NCBI GenBank assembly: GCA_032654565.1
Contig: JAULAX010000014.1
Span: 1 to 64,000, forward strand
Reading direction: 5' to 3'
Source of the DNA: Anaeromyxobacteraceae bacterium
GTDB lineage: Bacteria > Myxococcota > Myxococcia > Myxococcales > Anaeromyxobacteraceae
Length of the DNA stretch: 64,000 nt
In this document: in pieces, positions 39,775 to 49,530 of the stretch
How positions within the stretch are numbered: the first letter of the stretch is position 1
How the letters are laid out: every line of letters starts with the position of its first letter
Made by a program: the position numbers and the translations under genes
Notes under the pieces: model-generated
Seen by the model: only the letters and a program-made list of their open reading frames with translations
Databases searched by the model: none
Told to the model about the DNA's origin: nothing

Positions 39775-41073
39775 ATGCTCTTCGAGCTGTCGATCATCCT
39801 GCTGCTCATCGCCGTCAACGGGATCTTCGCCGGCGCCGAGATCTCCATCATCTCGGTCCGCCGCAGCCGCCTCCAGCAGCTGGTCGAGGAGGGGCGGGCC
39901 GGGGCCGGGGCGGTGCAGGCGCTGCGCCACGCCCCCGAGCGCTTCCTGGCCACGGTCCAGATCGGCATCACCGTGGTGGGGGCGACCGCCGCCGCCTTCA
40001 GCGGCGCCTCGCTCTCCACCCGGCTGTCGCTTGGCCTGCAGGGGTTCGGCTGGGGCGTGGAGACCGCCACCGACGTCGCCCTGGCCCTGGTGATCGCCGG
40101 GATCTCCTTCCTGTCGATCATCTTCGGCGAGCTGGTGCCCAAGTCGCTGGCGCTGCGGGCCGGGGAGCGTTACGCGCTGCTGGTGGCGCGCCCGCTCCAG
40201 GCGCTGGCCTGGCTGGGCCGGCCGCTGGTCTGGCTGCTGACCGCCAGCTCCAACCTGATCCTCAAGCCGTTCGGGGACGCCACCTCCTTCACCGAGGCGC
40301 GCCACTCCACCGAGGAGCTCCAGCAGCTGGTCGAGGAGGCGGCCCAGGCTGGTTCGCTCGACCCCCGCAGCGGCGAGATCGCGGCCCGGGCGCTCGACTT
40401 CGGCGACCTCACGGCCGCCGCGGTGATGGTGCCTCGCAACCGGCTGGTGGCGGTCCCCCTCTCTTCCAGCCAGGCCGACCTGCGGAAGGTGGTGCTGGCG
40501 GCTCGCTTCTCGCGGATGCCGGTCTACGACGGGAACCTCGACAACGTGGTCGGCTACATCACCATGCGCGACGTCCTCGCCCTGACCTGGGACCGCGAGG
40601 AGGTGGTGCTGGCCGACATCCTCCGGCCGGCCTTCTTCGTCCCCGAGACCACCGGGGCCGGGCGCGTGCTCCACGAGATGCAGCGCCGCCGGGTGCCGCT
40701 CGCCATCGTCGTCGACGAGCACGGTGGCGTGGCCGGGCTCATCACGCTGGAGGACCTGGTGGAGGAGCTGGTGGGCGACATCGCCAGCGAGGACGAGCGG
40801 GGCGAGCATGCGCTGCACGTCGAGCCGGACGGGAGCGCCCTGATCCGGGGGCCGGTGGCGATCCGTGACATCAACCGCGAGCTCGGCTTCGACCTTCCCG
40901 AGGGCGAGGGCTGGACCACCATCGCCGGGCTCTGCATCGAGCTGACCGGTGGCATCCCGGCGCCGGGATCCCGGGTGCGGTCCGGCGGCATGGTCCTGGA
41001 GATCGTCGAGGCGAGCACCCGAGCCGTCGGCCTGGTCCGCGTCAGGCCGCAGGCGCCCGCGGCGCCTGAGTAG
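39775..41073 (+). CDS. CNNM/CBS/CorC hemolysin-family transporter
   Basis: NGIFAGAEISIIS, FLATVQIGIT, GELVPKSLA, CBS pair, VVDEHGGVAGLITLEDLVEELVG. Confidence 0.92.
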   Translation: MLFELSIILLLIAVNGIFAGAEISIISVRRSRLQQLVEEGRAGAGAVQALRHAPERFLATVQIGITVVGATAAAFSGASLSTRLSLGLQGFGWGVETATDVALALVIAGISFLSIIFGELVPKSLALRAGERYALLVARPLQALAWLGRPLVWLLTASSNLILKPFGDATSFTEARHSTEELQQLVEEAAQAGSLDPRSGEIAARALDFGDLTAAAVMVPRNRLVAVPLSSSQADLRKVVLAARFSRMPVYDGNLDNVVGYITMRDVLALTWDREEVVLADILRPAFFVPETTGAGRVLHEMQRRRVPLAIVVDEHGGVAGLITLEDLVEELVGDIASEDERGEHALHVEPDGSALIRGPVAIRDINRELGFDLPEGEGWTTIAGLCIELTGGIPAPGSRVRSGGMVLEIVEASTRAVGLVRVRPQAPAAPE

Positions 41074-41113
41074 CCTGCTCGGCCGTACGGCGCCCGCCCG
41101 GCCGCCCGGCGCC

Positions 41114-42376
41114 CTACCCGACCACCAGCAGCGCGTAGTTCCGCTTCCCCTTCTGCAGCAGCAGGTAGCGGCCGGCCTGCAGGTCGGCCTCGGTGAGCTT
41201 GCGCTCGGCGTCGGCGATCGGCGCGCCGTTGAGCGAGAAGCCCTTCCCCTGGATGCCGCGCTTGGCGTCGCCGCGCGAGGAGGCCAGCCCGACCTTGACC
41301 AGGGCGTCGGCGGCGGCCAGCGCGCCGAGCTCGGCGCGGGGCAGCTCGGCGGCCGGGATCTCGCTGCGCAGCACCTCGAAGACCTCGGCGCCGGCGGCCT
41401 TGAGATCGGTGCCGCCGAAGAGCAGCCGGCTGGCCGCCAGCACGCCCTGCAGGGTGGCCTCGCCGTGGACGCGCGCCGTCATCTCCTCGGCCAGGGCCCG
41501 CTGCGCCGACCGCTTGCCCGGGTCGGCGGCCTGGCTCGCCAGCAGCGCCTCGAGCTCGGGCAGCGGCCGGAAGGAGAAGAACCGGAGCACCTTGCCCACG
41601 TCGGCGTCCTCGGTGTTGAGCCAGAACTGGAAGAACTTGTACGGGGTGGTCTTCTGCGGGTCGAGCCAGACCGCCCCCTCCTCGGTCTTGCCGAACTTGG
41701 CCCCCGAGGCGGTGGTGAGCAGCGGCACCACCAGGCCGTGGACGCCCTTCCCCTCCTTGCGGGAGATGAGCTCGGCGCCGGCGGTGATGTTGCCCCACTG
41801 GTCGCTGCCGCCCATCTGCAGCTCGCAGCGGTCGGCCTTCCAGAGGTGCCAGAAGTCGTAGGACTGGACCAGCATGTAGGTGAACTCGGTGAAGGAGATG
41901 CCCGCCTCCATGCGGTTCTTCACCGAGTCCTTGCCCAGCATGTAGTTGACGGTGAAGTGCTTGCCGACGTCGCGGAGGAACTCCATCAGCCCGAGCGGCC
42001 GCAGCCAGTCGGCGTTGTTGCGCACCAGCGCGGCGTTGGGGCCGTCGAAGCGGAGGAACCTCTCCAGCTGGGCCCGCACGCAGGCCACGTTGTGGTCGAT
42101 CTCGGCGACGGTGAGCACCGGCCGCTCGCTGCGCTTGCCGGAGGGATCGCCGACCATGCCGGTGCCGCCGCCCACCACCATGATGGGCGTGCCGCCGGTC
42201 CGCTGCAGCCAGGCCAGGGCCATCACCGGCAGCAGGTGGCCGACGTGGAGCGAGTCGGCGGTGGGGTCGAAGCCGACGTAGCCGGTGACCGGCCCCTGCT
42301 CGAGCCGCTCCTTCAGGCCGGGGGTGGTCTCGGAGATCAGGCCGCGGGGCGTCAGCTCGTCGATCAGCGTGGGCAT
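41114..42376 (-). CDS. tyrS: Tyrosine--tRNA ligase
   Basis: [32 protein letters not shown]4 domain. Confidence 0.97.
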   Translation of the reverse strand: MPTLIDELTPRGLISETTPGLKERLEQGPVTGYVGFDPTADSLHVGHLLPVMALAWLQRTGGTPIMVVGGGTGMVGDPSGKRSERPVLTVAEIDHNVACVRAQLERFLRFDGPNAALVRNNADWLRPLGLMEFLRDVGKHFTVNYMLGKDSVKNRMEAGISFTEFTYMLVQSYDFWHLWKADRCELQMGGSDQWGNITAGAELISRKEGKGVHGLVVPLLTTASGAKFGKTEEGAVWLDPQKTTPYKFFQFWLNTEDADVGKVLRFFSFRPLPELEALLASQAADPGKRSAQRALAEEMTARVHGEATLQGVLAASRLLFGGTDLKAAGAEVFEVLRSEIPAAELPRAELGALAAADALVKVGLASSRGDAKRGIQGKGFSLNGAPIADAERKLTEADLQAGRYLLLQKGKRNYALLVVG

Positions 42377-42506
42377 GGCGGGCGGCAGTGTAGTCGAGGG
42401 GCGGGCCGATCAGAAGTGGCGAGCCGCGGCGGCGGGAGGCAGCGAGCCGCCACGCCAACTCCGATCTCCTGGTGCCATGGGCGCTCGTGGTCGCGCCGCT
42501 ACGATC

Positions 42507-43829
42507 TCAGCCGGCATATCGATCCACGCACCGCTCGCCGAACATCTCCCGCGCCGCGAGCCTGTTGTGCGCGGCGCAGGTGAGGCGCAGGTTGGCCTCC
42601 GTCGAGTCGCCCCACCTCGCCCAGGGCACGACGTGATCGAGCTCCAGCCGGTGCGTCGAGCCGCAGCGGCCGCCACCGTCGAGCGGCCAGGAGCAGCGGC
42701 CGCCATCGCGCTCCCAGACGGCGCGGCGCACGGCGGCGGGGATGGCCTCGCGAGGTCCGGTGCGGCGGTGAGGTGGTGGCTCGTTCGAAGGATCGATCGA
42801 GGGCTCGGTCAGGGGCGGCCTGGTCGGGACGAGGGCGTGCGGCGGCGTGGTCCCTGGTTGCGGCTCGGTCGGAGTGACCTGGGGCGTCTTCTCGGTGCTC
42901 GGTCGCGCCGTCGCGGCGACGATCTCCCTCACCGGCAGCGGCTCCGCCGTGGCGGCCACGCCGCGCGGCCGCTTCACCTGCCCCCGCGCCTTCGCCTGCT
43001 TCTCGAGGAGCAGGTCGACCGCCGCGTCGATCACCTGCTCCATCGTCGCGCCTGGGATGGCGTGGCCGAGGCCGACCTGAGCGGCTTCGAGCTTCTTCAG
43101 GAGCTGGCGCGAGACGGTGATGTGGAGCCGGCGCAGGTCGGCGGTGAGTGGCTCGACCTCGTCACGGGGAGTCCGCGACCGTCCGTCTCCCCCATTCGCA
43201 ACTTCTGACGTCAGAAGTTGCGTAAGAGGGACCACATCCGGGTGGGCCGGCTGCGCGGTTGCCAGGGTGAGGAGCGGTTCAGCTCGGACGGACTGCGAGG
43301 CGGCCGGCGCGGAGACCGAATTCGCCGATGGCGACTCGACCCTGGTCACCACGACCCTGGTGGCGGGGACCTGGCGAGGCTGAAGCTCGACCACCAGCTC
43401 CTGCGCCTCGCGGGCCGAAAGGCCGAAGAAGCGCGGCGCCACCTGCGACTGGTTCGCCTCGGTGAGCACCTTGGCCAGCTCCGCGGTCGTGGAGAGGCAG
43501 AGCCGCCCGTCAGCGAGCGGTCCGACCAGGCCGGGGAAGCGCTGGAGCAGCCGCGCGGCGTTCATCCGGTAGAAGGCGGAGCTGTTGGAGAGCCTCAACT
43601 CGACACGGAGGAAGGCGAACAGGCTGGCGTGCCCGAGCAGCTCCCAGCCGCGGCGGCGGTCGAAGCCGGAGAGGACGACGAGGAAGTCGGCCATCGCCGA
43701 CTGTTCGGTGCGCAGGAGGGTCTTGAGCGAGTCGCGGAGCTGCCGTGCTTCCAGGAGTTCGAGGGAGGGGGTGGCCGCTCCGTGGGTCGAAGCCGCGGCC
43801 GAGGATGGGGTCGGTTGCGCGTTGATCAT
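42507..43829 (-). CDS. HNH endonuclease-domain protein (DUF222/REP13E12-like multicopy family)
   Basis: N-terminal FDRRRGWELLGHASLFAFL domain, central RRLHITVSRQLLKKL block, C-terminal RDGGRC..C..HRLELDHVVP..NLRLTCAAHN. Confidence 0.88.
   Translation of the reverse strand: MINAQPTPSSAAASTHGAATPSLELLEARQLRDSLKTLLRTEQSAMADFLVVLSGFDRRRGWELLGHASLFAFLRVELRLSNSSAFYRMNAARLLQRFPGLVGPLADGRLCLSTTAELAKVLTEANQSQVAPRFFGLSAREAQELVVELQPRQVPATRVVVTRVESPSANSVSAPAASQSVRAEPLLTLATAQPAHPDVVPLTQLLTSEVANGGDGRSRTPRDEVEPLTADLRRLHITVSRQLLKKLEAAQVGLGHAIPGATMEQVIDAAVDLLLEKQAKARGQVKRPRGVAATAEPLPVREIVAATARPSTEKTPQVTPTEPQPGTTPPHALVPTRPPLTEPSIDPSNEPPPHRRTGPREAIPAAVRRAVWERDGGRCSWPLDGGGRCGSTHRLELDHVVPWARWGDSTEANLRLTCAAHNRLAAREMFGERCVDRYAG
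43197..43222. repeat. Perfect 26-bp palindrome CGCAACTTCTGACGTCAGAAGTTGCG inside HNH gene
   Basis: Read directly. Confidence 0.92.
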
Positions 43830-43835
43830 TCACGG

Positions 43836-43857
43836 AGCGTCTCATGCGGGTCTGACA
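43836..43857 (-). promoter_or_regulatory. Candidate PafBC/RecA-NDp-like DNA-damage promoter (TGTCAG-N10-GACGCT), leaderless
   Basis: Minus strand reads TGTCAG ACCCGCATGA GACGCT CCGTGA ATG. Confidence 0.5.
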
Positions 43858-44097
43858 TTTCGAGGCTCGCCGAGACGCATGGAACCCAAGAGGGACGGAC
43901 TGTTCGTGACTCGCCGACTGGCCGGCCGATGCAACAGCCTTCGCCGCCGTCGAGGCGAGGCCCTTCGGAGCCGGCCGTGCCCTCGCGGAAGCGACCGATT
44001 CCGCGGTCCCTCGCAACGCCTCTCGGTAGTTCAACGGAGATGGCCGCAGTTCCGAGATGTTCCTCGTGTCTTGCGACGGCGCCACCAGAAACCGGCG

Positions 44098-44143
44098 CCG
44101 CCGCGATCGGGCCCCGCCGCGATCGGCCCCGCCGCGACCGGGC
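44098..44143. repeat. Three imperfect ~15-bp tandem repeats (CCGCCGCGAYCGG)
   Basis: Read directly between HNH and ParB-like genes. Confidence 0.6.
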
Positions 44144-44191
44144 GTGCACCCCGATTGAGCACGAGTCCCACCCGCGAGCTACATTCCCCCC

Positions 44192-45169
44192 ATGGCCTCC
44201 CGCAAGCGCCCCGCCACCAAGTCCGGCACCCCCCGCGCCCGCAAGGGCGTCAAGCTCAAGCCCACCGAGCTGACCGCCAAGGACCTGCGGCTCGACGACC
44301 CGTCGCCGGAGATCAAGGCGCTGGCCGCGGCCGTCGAGGCCGACGGCGGGAGCGTGCTCGCCATCTACCGCGAGCCGCTCGGTGGCCACGCCCTGCTGCT
44401 CACCGCCCTGCCCGTCGCGAAGGTGGAGCGGACCCCGTTCCAGCGCGACGTCTCCGACCCGCACGTGCGGCGGCTCACCATCGCCATGGACAAGACCCGC
44501 CGCTACCTCGACCCCATCATCGTCACCCGCGAGGCCGACGGCCGCTACCTGACGCCCAACGGCGGCCACCGGCTCACCGCCCTGAAGGAGCTGGGCGCCA
44601 GGGCGGTGCTGGCGCTGCTGGTGCCGGAGCGCGAGGTGGCCTACCAGATCCTGGCCCTCAACATCGAGAAGGCCCACAACCTGCGCGAGAAGGCGCTGGA
44701 GGTGGCGCGCATGTACCAGGACCTGGCCGGCTCGCTCGACCCGAAGGAGACCGAGATGGAGCTCCAGTTCGAGGAGCCGGCGCTGGTGACGCTCGGCTTC
44801 GCCTACCAGGAGCGCGGCCGGCTCTCCGGTTCTGTGTACGCCCCCATCCTGCGCAAGGTGGACGGCTTCCTGGCCCAGCCGCTCTCGAAGGCGGGGGAGG
44901 AGCGGCGGCGGCGGGCCGCGGTGGTGCTCGGCTTCGACGAGGCGGTGGCCGGCGCGGTGGCGCGGCTCAAGGAGAAGGGGTTCGACTCCCCCTACCTGAA
45001 GGCCTTCGTGGTGGCGCGGGTCAACCCGCTGCGCTTCATGAAGGGCGGGGCGCCGCCCTTCGACGAGCTCTTCGCCACCATGACCAGGCGCGCCGCCGGG
45101 ATGGACGGCTCGCGCATCAAGCCGGAGGACGTGGCGCGGAGCGGCGGGGCGGCCCCCGAGGGCGACTAG
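44192..45169 (+). CDS. Orphan ParB/Srx N-terminal domain protein
   Basis: TPFQRD, YLDPIIVTRE..GRYLTPNGGHRLTAL, LALNIEK. Confidence 0.78.
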   Translation: MASRKRPATKSGTPRARKGVKLKPTELTAKDLRLDDPSPEIKALAAAVEADGGSVLAIYREPLGGHALLLTALPVAKVERTPFQRDVSDPHVRRLTIAMDKTRRYLDPIIVTREADGRYLTPNGGHRLTALKELGARAVLALLVPEREVAYQILALNIEKAHNLREKALEVARMYQDLAGSLDPKETEMELQFEEPALVTLGFAYQERGRLSGSVYAPILRKVDGFLAQPLSKAGEERRRRAAVVLGFDEAVAGAVARLKEKGFDSPYLKAFVVARVNPLRFMKGGAPPFDELFATMTRRAAGMDGSRIKPEDVARSGGAAPEGD

Positions 45170-45828
45170 GCGGGCGTGCCAGCCCCGGGAGCGGCCTTCT
45201 TCTCGCGCCCCCGGGCGGCGATCACCGGGCCGTGCTTGTAGCCGAGCCCGACCAGGAAGCACTCGTAGCTGTGCTCGCGGGTGGCCTCCGGCCGCACGAT
45301 GTGGACCTTGTCGAAGCGGGCCTGCAGCTCCTTGCGGAACTCCGGGAAGTCGCCGCCCACGAAGATCTTGGTGACGAAGGCGCCGCCGTGCTTGAGCGTC
45401 TGCTCGGCCACCCCCAGCGCCATGCGGCAGAGCTCCAGCGAGCGGGCCTCGTCGGTCACCTTGACGCCGATGGTCTTGGGGGCCATGTCGGAGGTGACCA
45501 GATCGAAGGGGCCGGCGTGGAGCTCCTGGATCTGCGCGAGCGCCTCGGGCTTGAGCAGGTCGACCACCGCGGTCTTGACCCACGGCTTGCCGATGCGCCG
45601 GATCTCCTCGATGTCGACGCCGATGGCGATCCCCTTCTCGCCCACCACCTCGGCGAGGATCTGCAGGAAGCCGCCCGGGGCGGCGCCGAGGTCGAGCACC
45701 GCCTGCCCCTTCTTGAGCATGGGGTGGCGCTTCAGGATCTCGTCGATCTTGAAGGCCGAGCGCGCCCGGTAGCCGGCCTTCTTGGCCTGGCGGAAGTAGA
45801 AGTCCTTTGGATCGTAGGGTTTCGACAT
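45166..45828 (-). CDS. rlmE: 23S rRNA Um2552 methyltransferase RlmE
   Basis: KAGYRARSAFKIDEI, LDLGAAPGG, SDMAP, FVTKIF, RPEATREHSYE. Confidence 0.92.
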   Translation of the reverse strand: MSKPYDPKDFYFRQAKKAGYRARSAFKIDEILKRHPMLKKGQAVLDLGAAPGGFLQILAEVVGEKGIAIGVDIEEIRRIGKPWVKTAVVDLLKPEALAQIQELHAGPFDLVTSDMAPKTIGVKVTDEARSLELCRMALGVAEQTLKHGGAFVTKIFVGGDFPEFRKELQARFDKVHIVRPEATREHSYECFLVGLGYKHGPVIAARGREKKAAPGAGTPA

Positions 45829-45994
45829 GGTTCCCCGTCCACCTTCCCGGTCGCCGCTGGTCCGCCCGGCGCGGGCATGTGGACCAATCAAGTCTCATGG
45901 TTCGCTCCTTGACTCAAGGCGAGCCCCCATCGGATAAACCGCACTCCTTCCTCAACCGACGAACGCCCGCAGGGCGGCAGAAAAGGAAACGACC

Positions 45995-46300
45995 ATGGCC
46001 ACCATCATCACCGAAGAGTGCATCAACTGCGGCGCCTGCGAGCCCGAGTGCCCCAACGGCGCCATCAGCCAGGGCGATGACATCTACATCATCGACCCGA
46101 AGCTCTGCACCGAGTGCGTCGGCTTCCACGACGAGGAGGCCTGCGCCACGGTCTGCCCGGTCGACTGCTGCGTGCAGGACCCGGCCAACATCGAGACCGA
46201 GGAGGTCCTCTACGGCCGCCTCGCCACCGTCCACGCCGGCAAGGAGTTCCCGGCCCTGGCCGCGCTGCCGGCCAACCTGTCCCGCTTCCGCAAGGCCTAG
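45995..46300 (+). CDS. 2x[4Fe-4S] ferredoxin (YfhL type)
   Basis: CINCGACEPECP and CTECVGFHDEEACATVCP. Confidence 0.93.
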   Translation: MATIITEECINCGACEPECPNGAISQGDDIYIIDPKLCTECVGFHDEEACATVCPVDCCVQDPANIETEEVLYGRLATVHAGKEFPALAALPANLSRFRKA

Positions 46301-46388
46301 CCTCCCCCCAGCCGGGCCGTCGACGCCTCGCGTGCCATGCGGCGCGCGGGGCGTTCTCGTCTTATGACCCTGGGTTGGAGGAGCACCC

Positions 46389-48041
46389 GTGTCCGACATC
46401 CTGAGTGGCGGCCGCCTGGTCGCGCGCATGCTGAAGCAGGAGGGCGTCACCACCGCCTTCACCCTCTCCGGGCTGCACATCGCCCCCATCTACGCCGGCT
46501 GCGTCGAGGAGGGGATCCGGCTCATCGACACCCGCCACGAGCAGGCCGCCGCCCACGCCGCCGACGCCTGGGCCCGCCTGACCCGCGGGGTGGGGGTGGC
46601 CATCGTCACCGCCGGCCCCGGCGTCACCGACGCCGTCACCGGGGTGGCCAACGCCTTCAGCGCCGCGGTGCCGCTGGTGCTGCTGGGCGGCGCCGCCCCC
46701 ACCTTCAACCAGGGGCGCGGCGCGCTGCAGGAGATGCCCCAGCCCCAGCTCTTCGCCGGCATCACCAAGTGGGCGGACCGGGTCCCCTCGCCCGAGCTCA
46801 TCCCCAGCTACCTGGCCAAGGCCTTCCGGGTGGCGCGGGCCGGCCGCCCCGGCCCGGTCTTCCTGGAGCTGCCCTGGGACGTGCTCTCCAACGGCGCCGA
46901 GGAGTCGCTGGCCACGGCCCAGACCGGCTACCGGACCAGCGCCCGCTGCCCCGGCGACCCGGCCATGGTGAAGGCGGCGCTGGCGCTGCTGGAGCGCGCC
47001 GCCCGGCCGGTGGTGCTGGCCGGCTCCTCGATCTGGTGGGACGGGGCCTGGGACTCGCTGCGGAGCCTGGCCGAGGCCACCGGCGCGCCGGTCTACCTGA
47101 ACGGCATGGGGCGCGGCTGCCTCCCCGCCACCCACCCGTCCTTCCTCCAGCTCTCGCGCAAGGAGGCGCTCTCCCGCGCCGACGTGGTGCTGGTGGTGGG
47201 GACGCCGCTCGACTTCCGGGTCGGCTACGGCGCGCCGCCCACCTTCGCCGCCGACGCCCAGGTGATCCAGGTGGACATCGACGGCGCCGACATCGGCCGC
47301 AACCGGCCCATCGACGTGGGGATCATCGGCGACTCGCGCTCGGTGCTGGTGCAGCTGCGGGCCGGCGGGAAGCCCTGGGGCCAGCCGGGCTGGCTGGCCG
47401 AGCTGCGCGGCGTCGAGTCCGGGCGGCGCCAGCAGCAGGAGCTGTTCGAGGTGAGCGACCAGCGCCCCATCCACCACTTCCGCCTGGCCAAGGCGCTCGA
47501 CGAGGTGGCCTCGCGGGTCGGCGACGTCACCTTCGTGGGCGACGGCGGCAACGTGGTGGCGGTGGCCGCCAAGGTGCTGCGGGTGGGCGGCCCGGGGCGC
47601 TGGCTCGACCCCGGCCCGCTCGGCTGCCTCGGCGTGGGCGCGCCCTTCGCCATCGCCGCCAAGCTGCTCAACCCGGAGCGCCACGTCTGCGTGGTGCAGG
47701 GGGACGGCGCCTTCGGCCTCAACGGCATGGACTACGAGACCGCGATTCGCTTCGACCTGCCCATGGTGGTGGTGGTGGGGAACGACGCCTCCTGGGGGCA
47801 GATCGCCATCCCGCAGCGGGCCATGTACGGCGAGGACAAGTCACCGGCCACGGCGCTGCGCCCCACCCGCTACGACCAGGTGGTCAAGGCGCTGGGCGGC
47901 GACGGCGAGCACGTCGACGACCCGGCCGAGCTGGTCCCGGCGCTGACCCGGGCCTTCGCCAGCGGCACCGTCTACTGCGTCGACGTGGCCATCGATCCGC
48001 AGGCGGCGGCCGCCAGCGGCGCCGCCGGGTACGCGGTCTGA
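46389..48041 (+). CDS. Thiamine-pyrophosphate enzyme (acetolactate synthase / 2-hydroxyacyl-CoA lyase-like)
   Basis: DTRHEQAAAHAADA, TAGPGVTD, DPGPLGCLGVG, GDGAFG...GND. Confidence 0.9.
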   Translation: MSDILSGGRLVARMLKQEGVTTAFTLSGLHIAPIYAGCVEEGIRLIDTRHEQAAAHAADAWARLTRGVGVAIVTAGPGVTDAVTGVANAFSAAVPLVLLGGAAPTFNQGRGALQEMPQPQLFAGITKWADRVPSPELIPSYLAKAFRVARAGRPGPVFLELPWDVLSNGAEESLATAQTGYRTSARCPGDPAMVKAALALLERAARPVVLAGSSIWWDGAWDSLRSLAEATGAPVYLNGMGRGCLPATHPSFLQLSRKEALSRADVVLVVGTPLDFRVGYGAPPTFAADAQVIQVDIDGADIGRNRPIDVGIIGDSRSVLVQLRAGGKPWGQPGWLAELRGVESGRRQQQELFEVSDQRPIHHFRLAKALDEVASRVGDVTFVGDGGNVVAVAAKVLRVGGPGRWLDPGPLGCLGVGAPFAIAAKLLNPERHVCVVQGDGAFGLNGMDYETAIRFDLPMVVVVGNDASWGQIAIPQRAMYGEDKSPATALRPTRYDQVVKALGGDGEHVDDPAELVPALTRAFASGTVYCVDVAIDPQAAAASGAAGYAV

Positions 48042-48057
48042 ACGGGGGGATGCGACC

Positions 48058-48990
48058 ATGAACTTCCGCATGCTCGGCGGCAGTGACCTGAAGGTGTCCG
48101 AGATCGCCCTCGGCTCCTGGCTCACCTACGGCGGCGGGGTGGGGCGGGCCGCGGCGGAGGGCTGCCTGCGAGCGGCCTTCGACGCCGGCATCAACTTCAT
48201 CGACACCGCCAACGTCTACGCCGGGGGGGCCGCCGAGGCCTTCCTCGGCGAGGCGCTGGCCGGGGTCCCGCGCCGCAGCTACGTGCTGGCCACCAAGGTC
48301 TACTTCCCCATGCCCGACGGCGGGCGCGGGCTGTCGGCGGTGCAGATCGAGCGGCAGCTCGACGCCTCGCTGAAGCGCCTGCGCGTCGACCACGTCGATC
48401 TCTACCAGTGCCACCGCTGCGACGGCGCCACCCCGCTCGAGGAGACCCTGGCGGCGCTCGACCGGGCGGTGCGCCAGGGCAAGACCCGCTGGCTCGGCTT
48501 CTCGGAGTGGCAGGCGCCGCAGATCGCCGCGGCGCTGGCGCTGCCCTTCACCCGCTTCGTCTCGTCGCAGCCGCAGTACTCGCTGCTGTGGCGGGAGCCG
48601 GAGGCGGAGGTCTTCCCGCTCTGCGCCCGGGAGGGGATCGGCCAGATCGTCTGGTCGCCGCTGCGGCAGGGGATCCTGACCGGCAAGTACCGGCCCGGCG
48701 CCGCGCCGCCAGCCGACTCGCGGGCCGCCAGCGCCGAGATGGGCTACTTCCTCCAGGGCAAGCTGGAGGCGGCGGTGCTGGCCAGGGTGCAGCGGCTGGC
48801 CCCCATCGCCGCGGAGCTGGGGCTGACCATGGCCCAGCTGGCGCTGGCCTGGGTGCTGCGCCGGCCCGAGGTGACAAGCGCCATCATCGGCGCCACCAGC
48901 CCGGCCCAGGTGGCCGAGAACGCCGCCGCGTCGGGCGTGGTGCTGGCGCCGGAGGTGGTGGGGCGGGTCGAGGCGGCGCTGGCCGGCTGA
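48058..48990 (+). CDS. Aldo/keto reductase (Kv-beta-like)
   Basis: LGSWLTYG, IDTANVY, ATKV, DLYQCH, SSQPQYS, WSPL. Confidence 0.92.
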   Translation: MNFRMLGGSDLKVSEIALGSWLTYGGGVGRAAAEGCLRAAFDAGINFIDTANVYAGGAAEAFLGEALAGVPRRSYVLATKVYFPMPDGGRGLSAVQIERQLDASLKRLRVDHVDLYQCHRCDGATPLEETLAALDRAVRQGKTRWLGFSEWQAPQIAAALALPFTRFVSSQPQYSLLWREPEAEVFPLCAREGIGQIVWSPLRQGILTGKYRPGAAPPADSRAASAEMGYFLQGKLEAAVLARVQRLAPIAAELGLTMAQLALAWVLRRPEVTSAIIGATSPAQVAENAAASGVVLAPEVVGRVEAALAG

Positions 48991-49043
48991 GGCGAGCCGC
49001 TCCGCCCGGCCCCTTTTCCGCCTCGTTTCGGCCCCGTTCCGGG

Positions 49044-49072
49044 TTGACCGTGGGATTCCGCGGTGCTACGTA
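49044..49072 (+). promoter_or_regulatory. Putative tRNA promoter (TTGACC-N17-TACGTA, TG extension)
   Basis: Located ~20 nt upstream of tRNA-Pro. Confidence 0.4.
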
Positions 49073-49090
49073 CCCCGTCCCTGCATCACC

Positions 49091-49164
<74 letters not shown>

Positions 49165-49171
49165 CTTCAGA

Positions 49172-49223
49172 AGCCCCTGTTACCATTGCGGTTTCGCCGC
49201 GGGTAACAGGGGCTGTTTTCTTT
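49172..49223 (+). terminator. Hairpin plus T-tract after tRNA-Pro
   Basis: AGCCCCTGTTACC (49172-49184) pairs with GGTAACAGGGGCT (49202-49214), then GTTTTCTTT. Confidence 0.7.
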
Positions 49224-49530
49224 GACCGAGCCAGTGCAGGTAATGGCGTCGGTAACGGCCTTGTCGGGGCCCTGGCCAGGGACCCCCGCAGCGCCCGTCT
49301 GAACCCGCAGCCACCTCAGACCTGCTGGCAACTCGCCGGCCGGCCGGGCGCGCTGCTTCCCGGCCGACGCGAGCAAGATTGGGCGGCCGCTGCTCGGAGA
49401 GCGAGGTCGCTGGAGTCCCGTGACGCAACACGCCAGGGATTCCCCGTGTGTTGTTCACCAGAGGTATTGCCGAGCCCTCCGCCAAACCGGATAGTGCTTT
49501 AGTTCAAACACGTCTCGACCCGGTGAACCC

